Shown piece after piece: positions 36,455 to 46,141 of a stretch of DNA of 64,000 bases. The stretch is taken from assembly GCA_024655885.1 (NCBI GenBank), contig JANLFN010000002.1, positions 214,179 to 278,178 of the forward strand, in the 5' to 3' direction. The DNA is from Eubacteriales bacterium (GTDB lineage Bacteria > Bacillota > Clostridia > Acetivibrionales > JANLFN01). How positions within the stretch are numbered: the stretch's first letter is position 1; each line of letters opens with the position of its first letter. Both the position numbers and the translations under genes were made by a program. The notes below the pieces were generated by a model that ran no database searches, was not told where the DNA came from, and worked only from the letters and a program-made list of their open reading frames with translations.

Positions 36455-37330
36455 TTATTGGACGGAAGCCGTACTGCTGCTCGTTTGGGCATTGTCCCCG
36501 TCTTCACGGGCATCCTGGTGCCCTTTTTTCGTCCCCATGCTTTTGAGGAAGCTGTCAACGTTAAAGTTCTTAGACAGATTGTCTATTCTATTGACGGCGG
36601 CTTGCCCCTGTTCCTTGGTGATGGTGCCATTGGCCACCATCTTGTTCACAATCTCTTTTTGCAGTGCCGCCACCCTTTGGAAGGAATCCTCCAAATCGCT
36701 TTTTTGCTGGGTGGTAAGCTTTGAGGCGTCGATTCCCTTGATGCCGGGAAGGTGGAAGCGGCCCATGATCATTCCTATACCCCTGGACAGGCCTTTTTCC
36801 TGGAGGTTCTTAGCCGAGTTGTCCACTCCGTTTATGGCTGCGTCGCCTTGTTCTTTGGTTATGGTACCGTTTGCAACCATTTTGTCGATAATCTCCTTCA
36901 GCAAATCGGCCATCCTGTTGATGGAATCATTCAGGTCTGCTTTTTGCTGGTCCGTAAGCTTTGAGGTGTCAATGCCAATGGCCTGCTTTTCTTTCGCATC
37001 CCACCACTTATAACCGGCAAACGGGAAAAGGCCCGCGGCACCGCCCTTGCTCAGCATATCATCCACCTTCTTGATGGCTGCGTCGCCCTGTTCTTTGGTC
37101 ATGGCGCCGTCCTCAACCAGCTTGTTGATAAACTCCTTCTGCAGGTCGGCCATTTTCTGGCTATACTCGGCCACATCGGCTTTCTGCTGGTCCGTAAGCT
37201 TTGACGCATCCACTCCGAAAAATCCTCTTACCGCTTTTGCAGTATCCGTATTGGAGGTTGCGGCAAAAACAGTAAGCGGCACTGCTAAAGCAATGGCACA
37301 GGCCAAAGCAATAAGTACCCTTTTCTTCAT
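36455..37330 (-). CDS. secreted protein with three DUF2680 (YckD)-like repeats
   Basis: ORF 36455..37372. The start was moved to ATG 37330 (MKKRVLIALACAIALAVPLTVFA, a signal peptide), which has AGGAGGTG 6 nt upstream. Three roughly 80-aa units carry D[AT]SKLT.QQK.DL....Q+.A.LQKE...K+V..G.+TKEQGD/QAA+. Confidence 0.7.
   Translation of the reverse strand: MKKRVLIALACAIALAVPLTVFAATSNTDTAKAVRGFFGVDASKLTDQQKADVAEYSQKMADLQKEFINKLVEDGAMTKEQGDAAIKKVDDMLSKGGAAGLFPFAGYKWWDAKEKQAIGIDTSKLTDQQKADLNDSINRMADLLKEIIDKMVANGTITKEQGDAAINGVDNSAKNLQEKGLSRGIGMIMGRFHLPGIKGIDASKLTTQQKSDLEDSFQRVAALQKEIVNKMVANGTITKEQGQAAVNRIDNLSKNFNVDSFLKSMGTKKGHQDAREDGDNAQTSSSTASVQ
36495..37214. repeat. 3 x 240-bp in-frame tandem repeat inside the DUF2680-like gene
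   Basis: The landmark aagctttga[gc]g[cgt][ga]tc recurs at 36717, 36957 and 37197, an exact 240-nt period. The copies have diverged (my estimate is 70-80% identity). Confidence 0.85.
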
Positions 37331-37446
37331 CGTCTCACCTCCTTTGTCGCTTAATATCTCCATTTTAGCCAATAAATGTGTTAATATTGTGAAGGAATTT
37401 TTAATAAATTATGAACTTAGTTCCCCTGTCTTCACCGGGCAGGCGA

Positions 37447-37492
37447 AAGGCGGCAGACCGCAAACTTTATGTAGTTTGCAGCCTGCCGCCTT
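37447..37492. terminator. long imperfect hairpin (about 20-bp arms) between the TPR gene and the DUF2680-like gene
   Basis: The arms are AAGGCGGCAGACCGCAAACT and AGTTTGCAGCCTGCCGCCTT. There is no U-run, so the terminator function is uncertain. Confidence 0.4.
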
Positions 37493-37529
37493 ATATTCCT
37501 GCTTCCGCCGTACCCACAATTCCACACCT

Positions 37530-38645
37530 TTACGGCACTGCCGTCAGCTGTTTAATTCTCTGATCGGACCATGAGGCATACTGTGTCCCTGGGAACAGCT
37601 CTTTCACCTTTTGAAATGTGCTTACGGCATTTTTGGAGTCATTCAACCCCATATAGCTCTTCCCCAAATAATACATTCCAATGTTGGCATAAGGCCATTC
37701 GGTGCCGTAGGCCTGTATCTTGCTGAGTTTTGCCGCCGCGTCCGCATATTTTTGCGCATTATAAAGATTCAGGCCCTCCTGAAAAACGGTTTGTACAGCC
37801 CTTGGCATAACGGTCTTATATAGGCTGTCATATTTCTCCTTTTCCGCATCTTTAAATTCCACCGTCTTGAGGAGCACCAGCACATCCGCCGCCGACTGAT
37901 AATTTTGCTGTGAGGCAAGCTGTTCGGCTTCAAATATTTTCATCACATTTCTATAGTAATCCACCTGTGCCTTGGAAGCTTCCAGCTGTTTTTTCAGGTC
38001 CTGGTAGCTGTTGGCAAGCTCATTGTACTTTGCCTCATCCAAAACGCTATTTTGTCCTGCCGGCGCTTTTACAGGCTCATTGTTAAGGGAAGCCCCGCCG
38101 TTTCCGGCATTAAAAGGCAGGCTGATCAAAAATACCATTACCGCACCGGCAACAAAGCCGATCACGTATTTTACAATATCGGATTTGCCGCTGCCCTTAA
38201 CCATGTCCCAGAAGGTGGTATCCGGCCTGTCTTTAGCCTTTTTTTCCTTTTCATTCTTCCCGGCCGCCTTTTTCTCGGGCTGTACAGCCTCGGGGGAAGA
38301 GCTTTCCACACCCTTAAGGGCGTCTAAATACCTTAATGCCTTTATGCCGTTTTTTTCTCCGGCAACCACTTTATTAAACATTTCTGCGGCTTTGGCATAT
38401 TCCTTGGTATAGCTGTAACACAAACCCAACAGATTCATAGCCTCATGAAAAGCGGGGTTCATGGATATAGCTCGTTTCAGCTCAATAACGGCAATATCCT
38501 CGCTGTTTTGCTTAAGGCTCTCTATGGCCTTGTTGTACAGTACAATGGAATTCTTGACATTGTCAGGAATAATCTGCCCCATTTCCTCCAGCTCTTTAAT
38601 GTCTATAGGCATAAAATCGGCTAATTCCTGTTTCAGGCTTATCAA
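37530..38645 (-). CDS. TPR-repeat protein with a central TM segment
   Basis: 371 aa with a TTG start at 38645 and GGAGGTG 5 nt upstream. TPR-like repeats occur at both ends, and the TM helix is IVKYVIGFVAGAVMVFLISLPF. Confidence 0.75.
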   Translation of the reverse strand: MISLKQELADFMPIDIKELEEMGQIIPDNVKNSIVLYNKAIESLKQNSEDIAVIELKRAISMNPAFHEAMNLLGLCYSYTKEYAKAAEMFNKVVAGEKNGIKALRYLDALKGVESSSPEAVQPEKKAAGKNEKEKKAKDRPDTTFWDMVKGSGKSDIVKYVIGFVAGAVMVFLISLPFNAGNGGASLNNEPVKAPAGQNSVLDEAKYNELANSYQDLKKQLEASKAQVDYYRNVMKIFEAEQLASQQNYQSAADVLVLLKTVEFKDAEKEKYDSLYKTVMPRAVQTVFQEGLNLYNAQKYADAAAKLSKIQAYGTEWPYANIGMYYLGKSYMGLNDSKNAVSTFQKVKELFPGTQYASWSDQRIKQLTAVP

Positions 38646-38831
38646 ACAAACACCTCCTCAAAAGCGAAAATCGAGACCGGATTTAAAATAAATGCCAGGA
38701 TTGATAAAAGCCGCAATGAGGTCAACGTCAATATATGAACCGTCAAGAAAGCCACTGGTTTCTGGAAATTCACAGCTGCCGCAAATATTTCAACCGGTAT
38801 GGCCGTCGGCACCCCATTCTGTTATGGGGCC

Positions 38832-40118
38832 CTAGCGGCTGCGCAATCTAAAGTGCTTCCTGACATCACCGATATAATATAGAGATCCGAACGCACAGAT
38901 CACATCGTCCGAAGTTGCCAGGGCAATACTTTTTTCTATCGCTTCTTCAATTGTATCACTAGCATCCACATTCTTACAATAGGACTTCAGCAAAATTGCC
39001 AAATCTTTTGCATCCATGGCTCTTTCATTCTCCGGCGTTACGGTTATAAACCTGCCCGCAAGAGGGGAAATGACTTCCGCCATGGACTTGTAATCCTTGT
39101 CTTTAAGGACGCCGAAGATAAAAATGACTTTTTTGCCCGGAAAATACAAGCTCAGGTTTTGAGCCAGATTTTTTACCCCCTCCAGGTTATGGGCCCCATC
39201 GATGAGGAATACCGGTTCTTTACATAAAACCTCAAGCCTTCCCGGCCATTTTGCGTTCATCAGTCCCTTTCTCACAGCGGCTTCGTCAATACCAATGCCT
39301 TTTTCCCTCAAGACTTCAACGGTCTTTACGGCAACGGCCGCATTTTTTAGCTGGTGCTTTCCCAGGAGGGAAATTTTCAGTTCTTTATATGAGCCGAGAT
39401 CGAACACCTGGCCTTCCATTCCGTATTCCTTAAGGCAGAGCCGTGAAAAATCAACCTGGTGCAGTGTGCAATTTCTTTCCCTGCAAGCGTCGAGAAATAC
39501 TTTTTCCGGCTCAGGCTGTTGAGGGTATAAAACCACATCGCCCCCTTTCTTTATAATACCCGCTTTTTCAAAGGCAATTTTTGAAAGGGTGTTCCCAAGG
39601 TATTCCATATGGTCATAGTTTATTGTGGTTATAACGGCAGCCAGGGGTGTATCGATAATATTTGTGGAATCAAACCTTCCCCCCAGGCCTACCTCCAATA
39701 CCACAATATCGCATTTGCTCTCAAAATAATATTGAAAAGCAATGGCAGTGACTATTTCAAATTCGGTGGGGTGATTTTCTCCCCTTTCAACCATCAAATC
39801 GACCTTTTCCTTTACAAACCCGGTAATCCTCGCAAGCTCGGTCTCAGGAATATCGTCGCCGTTGATTCTGATCCTTTCAGTAAACTTTTCCAGGTAAGGA
39901 GAAGTGTATATTCCCACCTTATAACCTGCCTCTGCCAGGATGCTGCTGATAAAGGCAACGGTAGAACCTTTGCCGTTTGTGCCGGCGACATGCACGTACT
40001 TCAATTTCCGGTGAGGGTTGCCCATCAATTCCAGCAGCGTCCCTATATTGTGGAGCCCTAATTTCCATCCGAATTTTTTGGTACCATGGATATACTCCAA
40101 TGCTTCACTGTAATTCAT
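38832..40118 (-). CDS. folC: bifunctional folylpolyglutamate synthase/dihydrofolate synthase
   Basis: 428 aa with a Mur-ligase P-loop VAGTNGKGST and the GLGGRFD motif. Confidence 0.9.
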   Translation of the reverse strand: MNYSEALEYIHGTKKFGWKLGLHNIGTLLELMGNPHRKLKYVHVAGTNGKGSTVAFISSILAEAGYKVGIYTSPYLEKFTERIRINGDDIPETELARITGFVKEKVDLMVERGENHPTEFEIVTAIAFQYYFESKCDIVVLEVGLGGRFDSTNIIDTPLAAVITTINYDHMEYLGNTLSKIAFEKAGIIKKGGDVVLYPQQPEPEKVFLDACRERNCTLHQVDFSRLCLKEYGMEGQVFDLGSYKELKISLLGKHQLKNAAVAVKTVEVLREKGIGIDEAAVRKGLMNAKWPGRLEVLCKEPVFLIDGAHNLEGVKNLAQNLSLYFPGKKVIFIFGVLKDKDYKSMAEVISPLAGRFITVTPENERAMDAKDLAILLKSYCKNVDASDTIEEAIEKSIALATSDDVICAFGSLYYIGDVRKHFRLRSR

Positions 40119-40149
40119 AACTCCTCCGTAACTTTATAAGATTAAGATT

Positions 40150-42885
40150 TTATGCTTCATTCGCTCCACAGCACTTTTTGTACTTTTTGCCGCTTCCACA
40201 GGGGCAGGGATCGTTCCGTCCCACCTTGCTGCTTTTTACAACAGGCTTTTTCGGTTCATCCCCATGGTTTGCCGCCACCGGTTCTGCAATCTTCTGACGC
40301 TGAGGCGCATGCTCACGGTCGATATGGGAGTTCATCAGCAGTTTTACAGAATCCTCCTGGATTGCTTTTATCATCTCTTCAAACATTTGAAAGCCTTCAA
40401 ACTTATACTCGATGACAGGATCTCTCTGCCCGTATGCCCGCAATCCTATGCCATACCGCAACTGGTCCATAGCGTCGATGTGGTCCATCCATTTCTGGTC
40501 CACAACCCTGAGCAGCACCACCCTTTCAAGTTCGCGCATCAGTTCCGGCCCAAACTGCCTTTCCTTTTCTTCATATTGTTCTATGGCGGCCTTCATCATT
40601 TTTTCCTTGACGTCTTCCTTGTCCAGTGTTTCCATCTCTTCCTCGCTGTATTCCAACGTCCCCTTGGGAAGGAATATCCCTTCGGCATAGGCGGTCATAC
40701 CCTGCCAATCCCACTCGTCCGGGTGGGGGCTTTCACCGCAGTATGCATTGACAATATTGTCTATAAGGCCTTCTATCATCTTGATAAAGGAGTCCTTAAG
40801 GTTTTCACCGTTGAGTACGTCTCTTCTCTGCTTGTAGATAATCTCCCTCTGCTTGTTCATAACGTCGTCATACTGCAGGACATGCTTTCTTATATCAAAA
40901 TTCTTGCCCTCCACCCTTTTTTGGGCATTCTCGATGGCACTCGAAAGCATCCTGTGTTCTATGGGCTGGTCGTCCTCAAGTCCTAAGGCGTTGACAATGC
41001 CGTTTAACCTGTCCGACCCGAAAAGCCTCATTAAATCGTCTTCCAGCGAGATGTAAAACCTGGAGGAGCCCGGGTCCCCCTGACGTCCGGAACGACCCCG
41101 CAGCTGGTTGTCGATACGCCTCGATTCGTGCCTCTCGGTACCTATAATGTGAAGGCCTCCCGCCGCCACCACCTTTTCGCGCTCAGCGTTGGTTACGGCC
41201 TTGAACCTGTCGTGTATTTCCCTGAATACCTTTCTTGCCTCCAAAACCGCCTCATCCGTTGTTTCATTGAAACCGGTGGAAGCAATAATAAGGTCCTCGG
41301 CATATCCCATCTTTCTCATTTCCTGCTTGGCCATAAATTCCGCATTGCCTCCCAGCACAATGTCGGTACCGCGGCCTGCCATATTGGTGGCAATGGTGAC
41401 CGCCCCCAATTTTCCCGCCTGTGCAATAATCTCCGCCTCTTTTTCATGGTACTTTGCATTCAGCACCTGATGCTGTATCCCCCGCTTCCTCAACATGCCG
41501 CTTAAAAGCTCCGACTTTTCGATGGTAACGGTACCTATGAGGACAGGCTGGCCCCTTTTATGGCACTCCACGATTTCATTGATAACCGCATTGAACTTTC
41601 CGGCTTCATTTTTATATACGCTGTCCGGATAATCCTTTCTGATCATAGGCATGTTTGTGGGAATAACAATTACATCCAGCTTGTATATGGTCTGAAACTC
41701 CTGTTCCTCGGTCTGAGCGGTGCCTGTCATGCCGGCCAGTTTTTTATACATCCTGAAATAATTCTGGAAGGTTATGGTGGCCAGGGTTTTACTCTCCCGC
41801 TCCACCTTGACCCCTTCCTTCGCTTCAATAGCCTGGTGCAGGCCGTCGCTGTACCTTCTTCCGTACATCAGGCGCCCTGTAAATTCATCGACAATGATTA
41901 CCTCGCCGTCCTTCACCACATAGTCCTTATCCCTTTTCATCAGGCCATGGGCCTTAATGGCCTGGTTGACGTGATGGGATATGGTCATGTTTTCAGGATC
42001 GGACAGATTCTCCAACCCGAAGTACTGCTCTACCTTCTTTACCCCCACTGCCGTCAGAGTGGCGGTATGGGCTTTTTCATCCACAATATAGTCTTCTTCA
42101 ATGTCATCATTGTTCTGCTTGTCGTCCACCTGGGTGTATACCTTTGCTTTCATCCTGCTCACCAGGGAATTTGCCTTTTTATACAAATCGGTGGACTTGT
42201 CTCCGGCACCCGAAATAATCAGAGGGGTTCTGGCTTCGTCGATCAATATGCTGTCCACCTCGTCCACGATGGCATAGTGCAAATCACGCTGAACCATATC
42301 TTCCTTGTATATAACCATGTTGTCCCTCAGATAGTCAAAACCGAATTCATTGTTTGTGCCGTAGGTTATATCACAGTGATAGGCCCTTCTTCTCGCTTCA
42401 TTATCCATATCGTGAACAATCAGTCCCACAGTTAAGCCCAGGAATGTATAGACTTTACCCATCCAATCGCTGTCACGCTTTGCCAGATAGTCGTTTACGG
42501 TAACCACATGCACCCCCTTTCCTTCGAGAGCGTTCAGGTATACAGGCAGCGTGGCCACAAGCGTTTTACCTTCACCGGTTTTCATCTCCGCAATCCTGCC
42601 CTGGTGAAGAACAATACCTCCAATGAGTTGCACTCTGAAATGCCGCATTCCCAGAACCCGCCGGGAAGCTTCCCTGACCACGGCAAAAGCTTCGGGAAGG
42701 ATGTCGTCCAGTGTTTCCCCGTCGGCAAGCCTTTTTTTAAATTCATAGGTTTTCGCCTTTAATTTCTCATCGTTCAGTTCCCTTACCGCAGGTTCCAGTG
42801 CTTCTATTTCATCTACGATAGGTTCTATTCTTTTTAGCTCTCTGTCACTATAGCTTCCAAATATTTTTTCCAAAAAACCTTTCAT
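40150..42885 (-). CDS. secA: preprotein translocase ATPase SecA
   Basis: 911 aa with DEAD-like motor motifs ([27 protein letters not shown]) and the C-terminal zinc motif [14 protein letters not shown]. Confidence 0.97.
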   Translation of the reverse strand: MKGFLEKIFGSYSDRELKRIEPIVDEIEALEPAVRELNDEKLKAKTYEFKKRLADGETLDDILPEAFAVVREASRRVLGMRHFRVQLIGGIVLHQGRIAEMKTGEGKTLVATLPVYLNALEGKGVHVVTVNDYLAKRDSDWMGKVYTFLGLTVGLIVHDMDNEARRRAYHCDITYGTNNEFGFDYLRDNMVIYKEDMVQRDLHYAIVDEVDSILIDEARTPLIISGAGDKSTDLYKKANSLVSRMKAKVYTQVDDKQNNDDIEEDYIVDEKAHTATLTAVGVKKVEQYFGLENLSDPENMTISHHVNQAIKAHGLMKRDKDYVVKDGEVIIVDEFTGRLMYGRRYSDGLHQAIEAKEGVKVERESKTLATITFQNYFRMYKKLAGMTGTAQTEEQEFQTIYKLDVIVIPTNMPMIRKDYPDSVYKNEAGKFNAVINEIVECHKRGQPVLIGTVTIEKSELLSGMLRKRGIQHQVLNAKYHEKEAEIIAQAGKLGAVTIATNMAGRGTDIVLGGNAEFMAKQEMRKMGYAEDLIIASTGFNETTDEAVLEARKVFREIHDRFKAVTNAEREKVVAAGGLHIIGTERHESRRIDNQLRGRSGRQGDPGSSRFYISLEDDLMRLFGSDRLNGIVNALGLEDDQPIEHRMLSSAIENAQKRVEGKNFDIRKHVLQYDDVMNKQREIIYKQRRDVLNGENLKDSFIKMIEGLIDNIVNAYCGESPHPDEWDWQGMTAYAEGIFLPKGTLEYSEEEMETLDKEDVKEKMMKAAIEQYEEKERQFGPELMRELERVVLLRVVDQKWMDHIDAMDQLRYGIGLRAYGQRDPVIEYKFEGFQMFEEMIKAIQEDSVKLLMNSHIDREHAPQRQKIAEPVAANHGDEPKKPVVKSSKVGRNDPCPCGSGKKYKKCCGANEA

Positions 42886-43056
42886 AAGTTAAATCCTCCA
42901 GATTCTAAAAATCAAGTTGCAGTGCAAACAGGCTTAAGGGCTCAGTCGCTGCTTTTGGATGCCGCACTTTAAAATTGAAATCTTCCAGCTGTTCCAGCGC
43001 CCTCAAAGCCGGTTGTTTCCTATCTGGAATTGCAGTCCGGCCGATTCGGCCCAGGT

Positions 43057-43629
43057 TCACCCATGTTTGCCCATACTTCCCTCTTTGCCCCATACTACCT
43101 GAAATATCATCAGAAACAAGCCGGCCACAACAATCAGGTCCCCAATGCTTACAATTTGCGCCCCAATGGCCAAAAACCCGGGGGGGTGAAATATATCGGA
43201 CAAAAAAAACAGCCGGGTATCCCCATTCGCCATCACATGTTTTCCATCCCTGGCCAATGCGGAAATGATACGGGCATCGGGAATGATGGTCTTCAGCAAC
43301 CCTTCGTCCACCGGCATCCTGCCTCCGTTCAGCATCATCACCAGAGCGTTCAGCAGGCATCCGGCACCGATAACCAGCATGCCCAGGTAGTGCCTGTTCA
43401 CCCAGAAGCCTACTGCCAGCAGACAAAACTTCAGGGCCGATATGGCAAAGCTGTACCGGACGGTAAAGTCAAAGCCCCGGTAAGCCAGTACCTGGCTCAG
43501 TATGTCAATCAAAAAAGCCAATAGGATAATCCATATTTTATTAAACCTTATTTTCATCAGGTTAGAAATTTTGCCTTTTGCAAGTATACCCAAAAATATT
43601 CCCAGCGTTAAAGCAATCAAGTATAGCAA
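43057..43629 (-). CDS. DUF5317-like integral membrane protein
   Basis: ORF 43057..43677. The likely TTG start is at 43629 (LLYLIALTLGIFLG), preceded by GGGGTGG. The motif MMLNGGRMPV....L.......HV........L.FLSD is typical of DUF5317. Confidence 0.7.
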   Translation of the reverse strand: MLYLIALTLGIFLGILAKGKISNLMKIRFNKIWIILLAFLIDILSQVLAYRGFDFTVRYSFAISALKFCLLAVGFWVNRHYLGMLVIGAGCLLNALVMMLNGGRMPVDEGLLKTIIPDARIISALARDGKHVMANGDTRLFFLSDIFHPPGFLAIGAQIVSIGDLIVVAGLFLMIFQVVWGKEGSMGKHG

Positions 43630-43802
43630 AGTACCACCCCGCTTATTATAGGCATTTAAAGAAAAAAATAAGCGCAAAGCAAATTTTAACCAATGGAGAA
43701 TGCCGGAATCCCTGTGGCTTTATATGGCAAAACTGCGAAGGGCCGGGTAAATACAATCCTAAAACATTATAAATACTCTAAAGCTCCTAATTCCAGCTGC
43801 CA

Positions 43803-44198
43803 TCAGGCATTTATACACGGAGGCGACGTATCGGATTTTTCCAAGACGGTGTCCTTATCGGCACCTAAAAGCGGACAGCAGTAAATTCCCGCGGACAAGC
43901 AGACATAATAAGCATCTTTTTCGGCATTGGCCACATCGATGTCTATAATGTTATATTTGAGTTCTTGTGTATCTCCGGGTGCCAGGGTATATTTACAGGC
44001 TTTGAATCCTTTGCCGAAGCCGGCACCGGTATTCTCCGCCTCCCGGACTTTCCCTGAAAACTCGGTTTTTTCGTGCAGCAGGCAAAGGCCTTTGTTCAGG
44101 TAAAGGTAAACATTGAAATAACTGGCCGAAAAGCCGGCTACGCCTTCAGCCGTCAATGTAGACAGTATCACAAGACTGATAAAAAGATTTCTAAACAT
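43803..44198 (-). CDS. hypothetical secreted Cys-rich protein
   Basis: ORF 43803..44219. ATG 44198 gives the signal peptide MFRNLFISLVILSTLTAEGVAG. The mature part has 6 Cys and no family that I recognise. Confidence 0.5.
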   Translation of the reverse strand: MFRNLFISLVILSTLTAEGVAGFSASYFNVYLYLNKGLCLLHEKTEFSGKVREAENTGAGFGKGFKACKYTLAPGDTQELKYNIIDIDVANAEKDAYYVCLSAGIYCCPLLGADKDTVLEKSDTSPPCINA

Positions 44199-44221
44199 CT
44201 TCAATTCCCTTTGCAGCAAGC

Positions 44222-44518
44222 TTATGAACCGCTTTTTTTCAGTCGTTCAAGGATCATTTTATACCCGTCGGCGCCGTAGTTCAAGCACCTGTTCACCCGG
44301 CTGATGGTTGCGGTGCTGGCCCCCGTTTTTTCACTTATTTCGGTATAGGTTCCGCCTTCCTGAAGCATCCTTGCAACCTCAAGCCTTTGTGCAAGGGCTT
44401 TAATTTCCGATATGGTGCAAATATCCTCAAAAAAGCTGTAGCATTCCTCAACGGTTTTTAAGTGTAAAACCGCTTCAAACAAACGGTCGGTCAAGTCATC
44501 TTTAATTTTGGGATTCAT
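44222..44518 (-). CDS. yerC: YerC/YecD family TrpR-like protein
   Basis: ORF 44222..44545. The probable start is ATG 44518 (MNPKIKDDLTDRLFEAVLHLKTVEECYSFFEDICTISEIKALAQRLEVARML..G.TY..I...TGASTATISRV). Confidence 0.8.
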   Translation of the reverse strand: MNPKIKDDLTDRLFEAVLHLKTVEECYSFFEDICTISEIKALAQRLEVARMLQEGGTYTEISEKTGASTATISRVNRCLNYGADGYKMILERLKKSGS

Positions 44519-44971
44519 AATCTTCTCAACCCCTAACAGCCGCATATGAAACGGTCATTTGCCTGCCCTTTTGTAATAACAATATCAGCTTTTTCATATA
44601 CAGTCAAGAATGCACTGGAATAAAATTTGTGCATATCCAGCCGCCGGTCTGAATATACGCGCGTTTCCATTGCCATTTTAAATTAAGCCTGCGTCCCTGC
44701 CAAAATCTTTCCCCTGCACGGACGGCATGAAAATGTAAAATAAATTTAATAAATCTATAGCAAAAAAATACTTCGCATGGTATAATAAGAATGAGATTAT
44801 AGCCGCTCTCAAAATCCTCGATTTTTTGGGGATTTTTTTGTGTCTAAAAACAACTGCGTACACACGGCAATACTAAACGACGCACTTTATTGAGATGAAG
44901 CCCCGCAGCGGGTTTTGCCCGCCGGGAAATCCAATTCTAAAGTGTGATGTCTGTGACAGGATGAGGTAGTT

Positions 44972-46102
44972 ATGAACATAAGCGTAATCCCTGTGAGAAC
45001 TCAGAGGGATATGGAAAAATTTATAAGGCTTCCCTGGCAAATATATAAAGGGAATAAAAACTGGGTACCTCCCTTGATAAGGGATATGCGGAATTCTCTT
45101 GACCCTGGAAAGGACCCCTTGTGCAAAAAGGGAGAAAGGGAATTGTTTCTGGCTTTTGCCGGCAATAAGCCCGCAGGCAGAATTTATGCGGGGATTGATG
45201 CCGTCCTCAATCAAAAAAAGAGTGCACATATGGGCCACTTCTCGCTTTTTGAGTGCATCGACGACCAGGCTGTAGCCGATGCCCTGTTTGACAACGCCCT
45301 AGGCTGGCTGCGGGACAGGAATATAGACTGGGTCAGGGGACCTGTTGCCCCTTCAGGCGCCGACAGTGACGAGAGCAAGGGACTGCTGATCAATTCCTTC
45401 GACCTTCCTCCTGCGATAATGAACTCCTACAATCCTCCATACTATCAAAAACTTATTGAAAACTATGGTTTTACGAAAGATTATGATGTTTTCGCCTATT
45501 CTTTGGATGCCCAAAGGATATTCACCTCCGACCCTTCAAAAACTATTGAATATGCCCGGAAAAGGTATAATTTCCGGGTGGATACTTTAAATACAGAGGA
45601 TATAGAGGGGGAAATCAAAGCATTAAAGTACATCCTTGACCTTGCGGTCCCCGACGAGTGGCCGGATATGGTGGCGCCTTCCCTGGAGGAGGTGAGGGAA
45701 ATGGCACATCAGCTGTTGCCTGTGGCCGATCCCGATATAGTCATCATTGCGAGGTCGGGAGACGAGCCTATCGGCTTCGGCATTGCATTGCCCGACTACA
45801 ACCAGGTCCTCATACACCTCAATGGAAGGATGACACCCCTGGCGGCCCTGAAGTATCTCTGGTATAAGAGGAAAATCAACAGGGTGAGGTTTTTTGTCAT
45901 GTTTGTCATCCCTGCTTTCAGAAAAAAAGGGGTATCCTATGCCATATACTATCAAACTTTTTTGAACGGCGTAAAAAAAGGCTATCTATATGGAGAGGGT
46001 TCAACCATTGGCGAAACAAACTATCAGATGCGCAAGGATATTGAAAGCTTTGGCGGGCAGAATTACAAGACCTACCGGATTTTTAAAAAGGAATTGTCGT
46101 AA
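44972..46102 (+). CDS. GNAT-fold N-acyltransferase-like protein (two-domain, about 375 aa family)
   Basis: 376 aa. The N-terminal pattern F++LPW.+Y+.N.NWVPPL and the C-terminal acetyltransferase-like core (FVIPAFRKKGVSYAIY) recall an uncharacterised GNAT family. This is pattern-level only. Confidence 0.6.
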   Translation: MNISVIPVRTQRDMEKFIRLPWQIYKGNKNWVPPLIRDMRNSLDPGKDPLCKKGERELFLAFAGNKPAGRIYAGIDAVLNQKKSAHMGHFSLFECIDDQAVADALFDNALGWLRDRNIDWVRGPVAPSGADSDESKGLLINSFDLPPAIMNSYNPPYYQKLIENYGFTKDYDVFAYSLDAQRIFTSDPSKTIEYARKRYNFRVDTLNTEDIEGEIKALKYILDLAVPDEWPDMVAPSLEEVREMAHQLLPVADPDIVIIARSGDEPIGFGIALPDYNQVLIHLNGRMTPLAALKYLWYKRKINRVRFFVMFVIPAFRKKGVSYAIYYQTFLNGVKKGYLYGEGSTIGETNYQMRKDIESFGGQNYKTYRIFKKELS

Positions 46103-46141
46103 GTCCGATGGGACGGCAGTGGTCCCATTGGACTTACGGAC

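Noticed and set aside
42905-43524. 173-aa (-) and 164-aa (+) ORFs overlapping the DUF5317 gene
   Set aside because: They are out of frame or antisense to a coherent polytopic membrane protein, with no RBS.
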